From the NCBI GenBank assembly GCA_045863855.1, contig BTVV01000082.1, positions 1 through 26,633 of the forward strand: DNA of 26,633 nt, in the 5' to 3' direction. The first letter of the stretch is position 1; every line of letters starts with the position of its first letter. This stretch comes from Planctomycetota bacterium (lineage in GTDB: Bacteria; Planctomycetota; SZUA-567; H5-PLA8). The notes under the pieces were generated by a model. That model saw only the letters and a program-made list of their open reading frames with translations. It made no database searches and was not told the DNA's origin. The position numbers and the translations under genes were made by a program. Positions 9,234 through 18,379 of this stretch are shown here, one piece after another.

Positions 9234-9320
9234 GTACTCCGCCCATACGCCCCATACTTCCGTCCAATCCGGCGGCGAGCACCCCACGCCCTTCACCGCG
9301 CGCGTGCCGGGCAACAGGCA

Positions 9321-10343
9321 TTACACCTTGACCCGCGCCACATAGATCGCGCAACGCTGAGACTGCTCCCCGTTGCGGTACGCGCCATGCGGATACTCGT
9401 GTCCCGAATAGTACGACAGCAGCGCGTTGCCTGCGCCGAACGCTCCGGACTCCGAGCCCTCCGGCAAGCGCACGAAGGCCGCATACGAAGTGTCGTTTCC
9501 GCTCTCCAGCGTGGTCTCCGGCTGCATCTTCCCGGTTTCCGCGTCGAGCGCGTGAATGCGCGTGACGTAGGCCTTCGAGGTATCGTCCTTGTACACCCGG
9601 CCCACCGCCATGAAGCGCCCCGCACCCAAGTGTTCCAATAGCGGCCCCCGGAACCAGCGGTCGCCGAGGGTCTTGCTCCACGTCGTATAGGGCGCCTGCG
9701 CGCGTGCCAGCAGCGGGATGCCGTCGGCTTTCTCGCGCCGCACCAGCGCCAGCAAGGTTCCGTCCGCTAAAAAGCACAGGTCCGTCTCGTTCGGGAATTC
9801 GTCCGTTTCGATGACGCTCACCGTCTGCCATTTCAATCCGTCGAGCGTACGCATCAGAGCCACGCGCCCGGTGTCGCGATCGTAGTCGCGGTCGTAGGCC
9901 GCCACGTACCAGTGCCCGTCGCTGGGGTGCTTGCGCGGACGCCAGATCGTCTGACCTTCGAAGCCCGCGATCTCGCGATGCTGCTCCCAGGAGAGCCCGT
10001 CGTCGCTTCGCGCCAGGATTGTGATGCGCTTGCCGGTCTTGGTGTCGCACGGCGGCTGAGTCCAGCAGGGGATGGTGAGGTGCAGGCGGTCGTCGACGAC
10101 GTAGAAATGCGGATCGCGCACGTCCAGTCCGCGCGCCGCGATTCGGGACATCACGGAAAAGTTCCGCCCGTGATCGGCGCTCGAGAGCACCACGATCTGG
10201 CTGCTGGGATGGACGCCGTGATTCACCGCTTCACGGCAGGCCAGCCAGACGCGCCCGCGCCACACATGCAGATCGGTGAACGCGCAATGCGCCCCCGGAT
10301 CGTACACCTTGCTCAAGCCCACCACCTGCAGTCCGGTCTTCAT
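9321..10343 (-). CDS. Asp-box (BNR) beta-propeller, sialidase-like glycoside hydrolase
   Basis: Asp-boxes SADHGRNF, SDDGLSW and TLDGLKW; DVRDP, PNET, DTSY and SYYS motifs. ATG 10343 follows GGGAG (the ORF-track start is 10385). No signal peptide. Confidence 0.75.
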   Translation of the reverse strand: MKTGLQVVGLSKVYDPGAHCAFTDLHVWRGRVWLACREAVNHGVHPSSQIVVLSSADHGRNFSVMSRIAARGLDVRDPHFYVVDDRLHLTIPCWTQPPCDTKTGKRITILARSDDGLSWEQHREIAGFEGQTIWRPRKHPSDGHWYVAAYDRDYDRDTGRVALMRTLDGLKWQTVSVIETDEFPNETDLCFLADGTLLALVRREKADGIPLLARAQAPYTTWSKTLGDRWFRGPLLEHLGAGRFMAVGRVYKDDTSKAYVTRIHALDAETGKMQPETTLESGNDTSYAAFVRLPEGSESGAFGAGNALLSYYSGHEYPHGAYRNGEQSQRCAIYVARVKV

Positions 10344-10398
10344 GTTCGCGTGCTCCCGTGATTGCGCCCGATGTCGCTGGTTCAAACCTGTTCCCGAC

Positions 10399-11328
10399 TC
10401 ACTCGGGAAGTGCTTCGGCTACGGCCAACGCGGCTTCCAGCCTGTCTTCGAACTCCGCCACGGCCTCCGCCGCCGGCCAGTGACCGGGGGCGGGGGAGAC
10501 CGCGTGCTTCCAGCCCAAGCGCTTCGCCGCCAGCGCCTTAAACGCGCGCAAGCCGCCGTGCGCGTGAAATCCTTCGATGAAGTGGTTCAGCGCGCCCTGA
10601 CCTCGACGCGCCGAAGCAAGATCGTTGCGCCAAACGGCGTGCATGATTTTGATCGCCAAACCGCCCAGTAAATTGTAGGTCGAGCCGATCGCGCCCGTCG
10701 CTCCGACGCTTAACCCCAGCATCAGGACCTGGTCGTTCCCATGAAAGATCACCGTTTCGGGATGCAGCGCGCACAGGCGCTCCATGCGGTACAGGTCCAA
10801 ACTCGTGAATTTCATCCCCATTACGTTCGGCAATTCCAGCCAGCGCGAGAGCTTCGCGCGGTCGAAGTCGTAACCCGTCGCCTCGGGAATATGGTAAACG
10901 AAGACCGGGAGCGGCGAGGCTGCGCCCAACGCCGTGTAGTAGGCGGTCAGTTCCTCGTACGAATACTTACCGCCGTGCGGCGGCATCGCGGCCACCGCAT
11001 GGCAGCCGGCTTCCGCCGCCGCCCGGGCCAGCGCGGCCGCGCGCCGCGTCGGCACGCCGCCGACGTGCGCGATCAGCTTCTCGCTCTTCTTGCGTTCCCG
11101 CACGATCCGCCCGGCGCGCACGTACACCGCCGCGCGGACCGCGTCGTCCAGCGCATACGCTTCGCCGGTTCCGCCCGTGAGGTACAGGCCTGGCTGGCCT
11201 TCGTCGAAGAGGCGGTGAGCCAGCGTTTCGAAGGCGCCTTCGTCGAGCGATTCGTCGTCGCGCAACGGTGTCAGAATCGGCGCCAGAATTCCGCGGCAGT
11301 CGTCTTTGGTAAGCATGGCGGTAGGCAT
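10399..11328 (-). CDS. N-acetylneuraminate lyase-like aldolase (DHDPS/NAL family)
   Basis: LTP, GGTGE, IAHVG, YHIP, MKFTS (Schiff-base Lys) and the NanA-type GAIGSTYN. Confidence 0.88.
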   Translation of the reverse strand: MPTAMLTKDDCRGILAPILTPLRDDESLDEGAFETLAHRLFDEGQPGLYLTGGTGEAYALDDAVRAAVYVRAGRIVRERKKSEKLIAHVGGVPTRRAAALARAAAEAGCHAVAAMPPHGGKYSYEELTAYYTALGAASPLPVFVYHIPEATGYDFDRAKLSRWLELPNVMGMKFTSLDLYRMERLCALHPETVIFHGNDQVLMLGLSVGATGAIGSTYNLLGGLAIKIMHAVWRNDLASARRGQGALNHFIEGFHAHGGLRAFKALAAKRLGWKHAVSPAPGHWPAAEAVAEFEDRLEAALAVAEALPE

Positions 11329-11390
11329 CTCATCCCCTCAAGCAATGCGAAGTCGGCGCCTTGTTGGACCGATCCAATGGGGCTTGCCGG

Positions 11391-12170
11391 TCAGGTCCGA
11401 TCTTTCGCGTCCAGCAACTCGAAGATCGGCTGGAAGTGCTGGTCCAGGAGCGCCAGCACGCGCGCGCCTTCTTGAGCGCGTACGGCTTCCAGAATCGCCT
11501 CGTGCTCGTTCAGCGTACGCCGCATCCGGTCCGCGCTGGGCCAGCGGTAATCTTTGCGCGCTTCCTGCCACGCTTCGAAGTACCCGTCGATCACTTCCGA
11601 CAAGCCTTGCAGCACCGAGTTATGGGCCGCCGCCGCGAACGCGCGGTGAAACGCCGCGTCGGCCGCGAGATGCCCGGGCCGGTCGCCGCGGTCCATCGAC
11701 AAAGAAAAGTCACCGACGGCCTTCTGCATCGCCGCGAGGTCCGCCTCGTTTCGACGCTTCGCGACCAGTTCGGTCAGCCCGCGCTCAAAGAGCCAGCGTG
11801 CTTCGGCCAGTTGCCGCAGCGCGTCGCCCGTCGTCTCCGGACCATCCTGGCCCGATGCGACGGCCAAGGCCACGTGGGCGGCGAACCATGGTCCTAGCGA
11901 GCGCGGGTCGGCGTGCTTCAGGATCGTTCCACGGCGCGGGCGCGATTCGACTAACCCCGCGGCGTCCAAGGACTTAAGTGCTTGGCGCACGGTCGGCCGG
12001 CTGACCCCGAAGCGCCGCGCCAATTCGTGCTCGGTCGGCAACCGGTCACCGGGGCGCGCACCGCTGCGCAGAAGTTCCTTAAGGAAGGCCTGCGAAAGTG
12101 CTTGGGTTCGTGCGCCACGCGGGGGCGGAGCGGATCGGAGGCGGCCGGGGTCCATTCGTTTATTTGTCAT
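11391..12170 (-). CDS. GntR/FadR-family transcriptional regulator (start 12170 or 12155)
   Basis: PGDRLPTEHELARRFGVSRPTVRQAL winged HTH; FCD domain with EAR, DAAFH, AHNSVL and EHEAIL. Confidence 0.93.
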   Translation of the reverse strand: MTNKRMDPGRLRSAPPPRGARTQALSQAFLKELLRSGARPGDRLPTEHELARRFGVSRPTVRQALKSLDAAGLVESRPRRGTILKHADPRSLGPWFAAHVALAVASGQDGPETTGDALRQLAEARWLFERGLTELVAKRRNEADLAAMQKAVGDFSLSMDRGDRPGHLAADAAFHRAFAAAAHNSVLQGLSEVIDGYFEAWQEARKDYRWPSADRMRRTLNEHEAILEAVRAQEGARVLALLDQHFQPIFELLDAKDRT

Positions 12171-12174
12171 ACAA
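12164..12174. promoter_or_regulatory. Putative FadR-type operator
   Basis: TTGT-CAT-ACAA fits the FadR-subfamily TNGT-N3-ACNA pattern, in an AT-rich patch at the regulator's own start; TTGACA on the minus strand at 12201-12206. Confidence 0.6.
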
Positions 12175-12373
12175 TTAATCAACCACGTCGAACCCGCCCT
12201 TGTCAAGCCTTCCGCTGGATTTGTGCACCGTGCTTAAACGGAGGCAAGAGCGCTCTTGCCGTCGGGCGTAGAAGGCCTTAAACCGATGTATTCGCACCGG
12301 CTGTTTCGAAGTATCATGGTCGATTCCTGGCCAGCCGTCAGGACGCCGGTAGATATTGAGCTAAGGAGTGTGA

Positions 12374-14185
12374 GTGGCCAAGACACCGGGTTCGGGCCGG
12401 GGACAGCCGGGTAAGCGCAAGACGAGCGGGCTGCATGCCAAGACGCCCGGCTTGAGCGCGTTACGGCGCAAGACGCCGGTACCCGAAGGGGAAGCGAAGG
12501 CGTCGCCGGCCGGCGGCACGCGCAAGCTTGCTTCGGCGCTGCGCCGGCGCACACCCACCGGCGGCGCGGCGGTACCCGCCGGAGGCGATGCGGGCGCCGA
12601 AATCGGCATTTACCATCGCCGCGGTATGTCGGTGCGCCAGAAGTTCGGCTTGGTCATCTCGCTCTCCTTTGGACTCGTCGCGCTGATCGTGGGCCTATCG
12701 GTCACCAGCTTCTTCCGCGCCAACTTGTGGAACGAGATCGTCCGGTACGGGTACGGGCAGGCGGTTTCGCTGCGCAGCTTCGGTCAGCGCGTCTTCGACG
12801 ACGTGCGCGAAGGCGCCGACACCGCGCGGCAGTATCCCGAAAGCGAACGCCAAAAGGCCGACCAGCAGCTCCTTCAGACCATCGTCGAAGCCGAGCCGCG
12901 GCTTTTCAGCATCAGCGTGCTCGTTTCGCCCACCGGCCCCACGGAAAATCCCAGCGCCGTGGCCGCGCACGGCGGGACCAAACCCACCGAGTTCGGGCCC
13001 CCGGCCGACGCGAAGATCATTCACCCGCCCGGCGACGATAACCGCGTTCAGATCTGGCAGTCCACCTTTACCAGCGAGGAAGGCACCGTCCCGGCGCTCT
13101 TCTTCCGCGCGCCCATCGAACTCCAGGGCGAAAAGCCCCTCGCCACGGTGCTAGCGGTCACGCCCATCTCGCACATCGACAAGGAAGTCCGCGCGCTCTC
13201 GATCAAGCTGACCGTTTTCGGGCTGATCTTCCTGGGCGCCGGCATCGCCATCGCCATGGGCTTGGCTTCCGCCGTCAGCAAACCCGTCTCGCAATTGGTC
13301 GCGGACATGGACATCATTGCGCGCGGCAACTTCGACCATAAGCCGCAGATCGTCTCGCGGGACGAGCTGGGTTTGCTGGCCCTCGCGCTCAGTCAGATGA
13401 CCAAGAGCCTCTCGGCGGCGCGAGACCAGGAAGTTCAGATGCAGCGCCTCTCCAGCGATCTCGATCTGGCTCAGGAGATCGTCGCGCGGCTGATGCCGTC
13501 CAAGCTGCCGAAGCTGCCCGGCATCGATCCCGGCACGCTCTACTACGCCGCCCGCGAAGTCGGCGGCGACTACTACGATTTCATCCCCGTCGACAACGAG
13601 CACTTGGCCTTCCTCGTAGCCGACGTATCCGGAAAATCCATCGGCGGCGCGCTGGTCGTCAGCACCACCCGCACCATCCTGCGCCTGATGGCGCCCATGA
13701 ATCTCAGCCCAGCCGACGTGCTCTCCAAGGTCAACTTCCACGTCGCCCGCGATATCCGCCGCGGCATGTTCGTGACCGTCTTTTACGGCATCCTCAACGT
13801 CCGCACGCGCGAGTTCACCGTTTCCAGCGCCGGGCATAACCCCATGATGCTGTACCGCGCCGCGACCAAAGAAGTCGAAATGATCAATCCCACCGGAATG
13901 GCCTTGGGCTTCGACCGAGGCACGCTCTTCGACAAAGTGATCAAGGAACAGAAGATCGCGCTGCATCGCGGCGACCGTGTGCTGCTGTATACCGACGGTA
14001 TCGTGGAATCGATGGACGAGAAGCACGAAGAGTGGGGCGACGACAAGCTCATCGCCTTCCTCAAGAACAACGGCGACCAGAAGAGCCGCGAGTTCACCAA
14101 CGCGCTCAAACAGGCTATCGCCGACCACCAAGGCAATGCCGAACAGCACGACGACATCACCGCCGTGACCTTCAAGATCGAGTAG
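12374..14185 (+). CDS. Membrane-bound sensor phosphatase (2 TM - HAMP - SpoIIE/RsbU PP2C)
   Basis: GTG start after AAGGAG; two TM helices; HAMP SRDELGLLALALSQM; PP2C motifs EVGGDYYD, ADVSGK, SAGH, YTDG and HDDIT. Confidence 0.93.
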   Translation: MAKTPGSGRGQPGKRKTSGLHAKTPGLSALRRKTPVPEGEAKASPAGGTRKLASALRRRTPTGGAAVPAGGDAGAEIGIYHRRGMSVRQKFGLVISLSFGLVALIVGLSVTSFFRANLWNEIVRYGYGQAVSLRSFGQRVFDDVREGADTARQYPESERQKADQQLLQTIVEAEPRLFSISVLVSPTGPTENPSAVAAHGGTKPTEFGPPADAKIIHPPGDDNRVQIWQSTFTSEEGTVPALFFRAPIELQGEKPLATVLAVTPISHIDKEVRALSIKLTVFGLIFLGAGIAIAMGLASAVSKPVSQLVADMDIIARGNFDHKPQIVSRDELGLLALALSQMTKSLSAARDQEVQMQRLSSDLDLAQEIVARLMPSKLPKLPGIDPGTLYYAAREVGGDYYDFIPVDNEHLAFLVADVSGKSIGGALVVSTTRTILRLMAPMNLSPADVLSKVNFHVARDIRRGMFVTVFYGILNVRTREFTVSSAGHNPMMLYRAATKEVEMINPTGMALGFDRGTLFDKVIKEQKIALHRGDRVLLYTDGIVESMDEKHEEWGDDKLIAFLKNNGDQKSREFTNALKQAIADHQGNAEQHDDITAVTFKIE

Positions 14186-14242
14186 CCGCCACACCTCTGC
14201 CGCGTTCTTGAAACGGAACTTCCATACCCCATCACTGTTCTA

Positions 14243-14299
14243 TTACCTATTGATATAAAATAAGTTATGTGATCGCGATGAAAGTTTTAGTAATTTCAT
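14243..14299. promoter_or_regulatory. AT-rich control region of the LacI locus: IHF-like 25-mer and an inverted repeat
   Basis: TTACCTATTGATATAAAATAAGTTA (14243-14267) resembles the site at 3822; ATGAAA-N10-TTTCAT at 14278-14299. Confidence 0.45.
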
Positions 14300-14389
14300 A
14301 TTCTTGCGGCAAAAAAATGGAAGATAATTCGGCGCTGGCTCAGATCGCGGTGTACCTTGTTTGGAGCCGTTCGTTAAAAGGAGTCCCGC

Positions 14390-15508
14390 TTGCCCACGCT
14401 CGACGATATCGCCCGAGCCGCCGGTTGTTCCGCGGCTACCGTCTCGCGCGTGATCAACAACCGTGGAGCCGTGGGCCTCGAGACGCGCGCAGCCATTTTA
14501 AAGGTGCTCAAGCAGCAGGGATTTGTGCCGCGTAAGTACCGCCGAGACAAACCTGCCGAAGCCGTTCCGGAGACCGCCACGCGATTGGTGGAAGTGGTGC
14601 TGCATATCCCCACGCCGATGGAGCAGGTCGAACACGGTCCCGGCGGACTCACCATCATGCCGCTTAAGCCGGTCGATCCGGATGACCTGCTGGGCCCGCA
14701 GCATCGCCTTTCGAACTCATTCTTTCTGCGCATCGTCGACGGGATCGTCGAAGAACTCCTGCGCTGGGGCTACCGCGCGGTGGTGACGCCCAGCCGCAGC
14801 CTGCTCGACGCGGATTGGCTCGCAGAACTGAACGGCCCGCAGCGTTGTGGCGCGATTTTGCTGGGCGTCTACGACGACGAGATGCTCCGCTTCGCTGCGC
14901 GCTGCAAGCGCCCGCTGGTCTTCGCGGATCTGGTTTACGAGCACGGTCCGCTGGCGGTGAGTTTCGATAACGCTTCGGGCATCGCGCAGGCGCTGGAGCA
15001 CCTAACCTCCCTTGGGCACCGCCGCATAGGTATGGCGGCCGGGCCGCTGTACATGACCGGCTTTCGCGAGCGGCTCGCCGCGTTCCGAGCCGAATGCGCG
15101 GCCCGCGGGCTTGTGACGCGCGAAGCATGGATCCATACGGGTTCGAACCATATGGCCCACGTCGCCGATTGGGCCGGGGAACTCCTGCGCGCACCGGAGC
15201 GCCCGACGGCGCTGCTGTGCGGCAACGATTTCATCGCGCTGGGCGTGTTGATGGCCGCGCGAGAGGCCTCCGTGGGCGTGCCGGGACAGCTCAGTCTGGT
15301 CGGCTTCGACGATATCGAGCCGGCTGTCCTGGCCGATCCTCCGCTGACGACCGTGCGCGTGCCCGCCGCGGAGTTGGGCCGCTTCTCCGCGCGCGAACTG
15401 CTGATGCAGATCCGTTCCGGGCGCGGCGATGTACCGAACGGTACTTGCCTGCGCCTGCGGCCCGCGCTGGTGGTGCGCGGTTCCACCGCACCCGCCGCGC
15501 CATCGTAA
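14390..15508 (+). CDS. LacI-family transcriptional regulator
   Basis: TTG start after AAGGAG; TLDDIARAAGCSAATVSRVIN HTH; LGHRRIG, GNDFIALG, VGFDD, PPLTTV, RGST. Confidence 0.95.
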   Translation: MPTLDDIARAAGCSAATVSRVINNRGAVGLETRAAILKVLKQQGFVPRKYRRDKPAEAVPETATRLVEVVLHIPTPMEQVEHGPGGLTIMPLKPVDPDDLLGPQHRLSNSFFLRIVDGIVEELLRWGYRAVVTPSRSLLDADWLAELNGPQRCGAILLGVYDDEMLRFAARCKRPLVFADLVYEHGPLAVSFDNASGIAQALEHLTSLGHRRIGMAAGPLYMTGFRERLAAFRAECAARGLVTREAWIHTGSNHMAHVADWAGELLRAPERPTALLCGNDFIALGVLMAAREASVGVPGQLSLVGFDDIEPAVLADPPLTTVRVPAAELGRFSARELLMQIRSGRGDVPNGTCLRLRPALVVRGSTAPAAPS

Positions 15509-15520
15509 GGGGGATGACCG

Positions 15521-18289
15521 GTGCGTTATTCGATGGCCGTGATCGTTGCGTGTACCTGGATGGCTTTACCGCACGCGTGGGCCGAAAACTTGAAACCCCT
15601 TCACGGCGGCGTGCAGATCGATGCCGGAGGCATGGGGCATTTCACGCTTTCCTATCCGCAGGTATTGTCCAAGGGTACGAAACAGACGTTCAAACCGGTG
15701 GACACCACGCTGCAAGGCGCAAGCGCCACACTCAAATACGCCAACGGCGCGACTCTTGCGCTTAAGGTCAGCGGCGGCGAGATCGAATTGCGCTTCACGA
15801 ACGTGCCCGCCGCCTGCGATTCGTTCAAGATGGAAATGGAGATCGGTCAGCACTTCAACCAGGGCGGTACGTGGCGAGTCGGATCGGGCGAGAAGGCGCC
15901 GCTGCCTGCCGAAAAGCCGCCCAAGCCTCATTTATATCAAGGTCACGCGCAATCCTTCGAACTCGCATCGGTCGACGGCGCGAACCTCGCGCTTTCGTTA
16001 CCGCCCCACGCTTACCAGCAGCTCCAGGACAATCGCGAGTGGGGTTGGAAGATGAACCATTGGAGCTTTCACGCGCCGTTGGTCGGGGATTCGTTCAAGG
16101 TGAGCGTGAAAGTGGTTCAGGCCGCCGGATCGGTGGTCTTAATGGACCGCTTCGGGCAGTACACGCGCGCGGACTGGCCGGGTAAGGTGAAGTCCGAAGC
16201 TGAACTGAAGCAGGATGCACTCGAGGAAGCCGCATACTACGCGAGTTTCAAGCCGCCGGAACTGGATCGCTACGGCGGACTGCCCGGCAGCGGGCAGAAG
16301 CTGGGCTTGGCGAAGACCGGATTCTTCCACGTCGAACGCAAGGGCGAGCGCTGGTATCTCGTCAATCCCGACGGCAACGCATTCTTTCACTTGGGTGTCT
16401 GTTCCTTCGCGTCTTACCAGGAAGCGACCTATTGGAAGGATCGCGAGTCGGTCTTCGAGTGGCTGCCGCCGCGCGACGCCGAGTGGGGTGGCTGCTACCG
16501 GGGCTGGGAGGGTTCGGAGGTTTCGTTCCTGCTCGCGAACATGCGGCGCAAGTACGGCGCCGTGCCCAGCGTGAAGGAGTTCACCGCGCGGAATATCGAC
16601 CGGGTCCGCGCCTGGGGTTTCAATTCCACCGGCGCCTTCGGAGCCGGCGACGCGAGCGCGCGCGCCGAGAAGAACTTCCCCCACGTCTCCGAACTGCCGC
16701 TCTCGCAGTGGTCGGGCATCAAGCCCATTCCGGGCATCACGCGGACGTGGGATCCGTTCGATCCGCAAATGCAGAAGAGATTCGACGAGAATTGCGCCAA
16801 AAGCATCGCTCCAAAGGCGGACGATCCGCTCCTGATCGGCTATTTTCTAACCAATGAGCCGCTCTACGAAGACATCCCGCGCGTCGTACCCAAGCTGAAA
16901 GGCGAATGGGCCTGCAAGCGCCGTCTAGTCGAGGAACTGCGGGCGAAATACAAGACCGTTCAGGCGCTGAATGCCGCCTGGAACCTCAAAGCCGAGTCCT
17001 TCGAGGCGCTAATCGATCAGGGCCTGCCCGTCCAGACGCCCGCCGCCGGAGAGGATATGCAGGCTTTTACCGCGCTTTTTCTGGAGGAACTATTCCGCAC
17101 GGCCACCGAGACGGTCCGCAAGTACGACCGCAATCACCTGCTCCTCGGATGCCGCCTGCAGTTCGGAACCATCAACAACGAGCAGCTTTGCCGCATCGGC
17201 GGCAAATACATGGATATCTGGTCCTTTAATTACTACACCTACGCGCTCGACCGCGAATTCCTCGAACGGGTGCGCGGCTGGACCGGCGGAAAGCCGATGA
17301 TCTTGAGCGAATTCTACTGGAGCGCTCCCGCCGCATCCGGGTTGCCCGGCGGCGTGAAGGACGTCAAGACTCAGGAAGAGCGCGGTCTGGCGTACCGCCA
17401 GTACGTCGAACAGGCCGCGGCGATGGACTTCATCGTCGGCGTCGAGTGGTACACGCTCTACGACATGGCGTTTACCGGTGTCGGCTATTCTAAAATCGGC
17501 GGTGAGAACGCCAACGACGGACTGCTGGCCATGACCGACCGGCCGTGGAAGGAGATGGTGGCGCATATGGCGCGCACCAATCACGAGATCTATGCGGTGG
17601 TGCTGGGCGAACGCAAACCGTTCGTCTTCGACGATCCGCGCTTCAAGCTCGGCGCTCCGCTCGCCCAATCGGTGAAGGTACTTCGCGCGGCCGGCCCCAT
17701 CGAGATCGACGGGCGCGCCGAGGGCTGGCCCGGCATCCCTGCCGAGCGAATCGGCTCCGAACGGATGGTGCAGGGCGCCGACGCCGGCGGACTGGAAGCC
17801 ACCTTCAAGCTCTGCTGGGACGACGCGCATCTGTATCTCCTGCTGGAGGTGCGCGACGAGACGCCGTTGCGCAACGAGCGGGAGCCAGAAAGTCTCTGGA
17901 GCGCCGATTGCATCGAAGTTTTCCTCGGCGCCGAAGAGCCCGAGGCCGATGGACCGTTGCGTGCCGGCGACCGGCAGGTGCTGCTGCGCGCGGCGCCGCC
18001 GCACGCCAAGCACGCGAACGTTTACGTGCCTCAAGGCGACGCGGCGGCTGGAATCAAAAGCGCCGCCGTCGCGCACGTGGACGGTAAGGGGTACGTGCTG
18101 GAAGCCGCGATCCCCCTCGCGCTATTGGGGCTGAGCGCCGCGCCTGAAAGCGGCAGGACGTTGCGCTTCGATCTGGGCATCGACGACAGCGCCGACGGCC
18201 GCATTCGCCTGCGCCAATTGATGTGGAACGGCTCGCTGCGCAACTCCAAAGATCGCGGCGGTTGGGGCAGAGCGGTCCTGGTGAAGTAA
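15521..18289 (+). CDS. Secreted GH50 (beta-agarase-like, clan GH-A) glycoside hydrolase with a C-terminal CBM9-like domain
   Basis: Signal peptide; DRFGQ...WPGKV, DRYGG, TGFFHVER, LVNPDG, WGFNS; catalytic Glu motifs GYFLTNEP and ILSEF; CBM9-like IEIDG...WDDAHLY...DCIEVF...YVLEAAIP. Confidence 0.85.
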   Translation: MRYSMAVIVACTWMALPHAWAENLKPLHGGVQIDAGGMGHFTLSYPQVLSKGTKQTFKPVDTTLQGASATLKYANGATLALKVSGGEIELRFTNVPAACDSFKMEMEIGQHFNQGGTWRVGSGEKAPLPAEKPPKPHLYQGHAQSFELASVDGANLALSLPPHAYQQLQDNREWGWKMNHWSFHAPLVGDSFKVSVKVVQAAGSVVLMDRFGQYTRADWPGKVKSEAELKQDALEEAAYYASFKPPELDRYGGLPGSGQKLGLAKTGFFHVERKGERWYLVNPDGNAFFHLGVCSFASYQEATYWKDRESVFEWLPPRDAEWGGCYRGWEGSEVSFLLANMRRKYGAVPSVKEFTARNIDRVRAWGFNSTGAFGAGDASARAEKNFPHVSELPLSQWSGIKPIPGITRTWDPFDPQMQKRFDENCAKSIAPKADDPLLIGYFLTNEPLYEDIPRVVPKLKGEWACKRRLVEELRAKYKTVQALNAAWNLKAESFEALIDQGLPVQTPAAGEDMQAFTALFLEELFRTATETVRKYDRNHLLLGCRLQFGTINNEQLCRIGGKYMDIWSFNYYTYALDREFLERVRGWTGGKPMILSEFYWSAPAASGLPGGVKDVKTQEERGLAYRQYVEQAAAMDFIVGVEWYTLYDMAFTGVGYSKIGGENANDGLLAMTDRPWKEMVAHMARTNHEIYAVVLGERKPFVFDDPRFKLGAPLAQSVKVLRAAGPIEIDGRAEGWPGIPAERIGSERMVQGADAGGLEATFKLCWDDAHLYLLLEVRDETPLRNEREPESLWSADCIEVFLGAEEPEADGPLRAGDRQVLLRAAPPHAKHANVYVPQGDAAAGIKSAAVAHVDGKGYVLEAAIPLALLGLSAAPESGRTLRFDLGIDDSADGRIRLRQLMWNGSLRNSKDRGGWGRAVLVK

Positions 18290-18379
18290 GCCCACCGCCG
18301 AAGCGGCCATGCAATCGCCGGCGCGGCACGATACGATTTCTCGACGGCCAGACCGCCCCGAGTCGAGGAATCCATTCCC

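Noticed and set aside
7560..9320. TA patch as a true mobile element
   Set aside because: No transposase, integrase, terminal repeats or target duplication found.
16323..16338. Second parS-like sequence TCTTCCACGTCGAACG
   Set aside because: Three mismatches, a broken palindrome, and it encodes the conserved FFHVER motif of the hydrolase.
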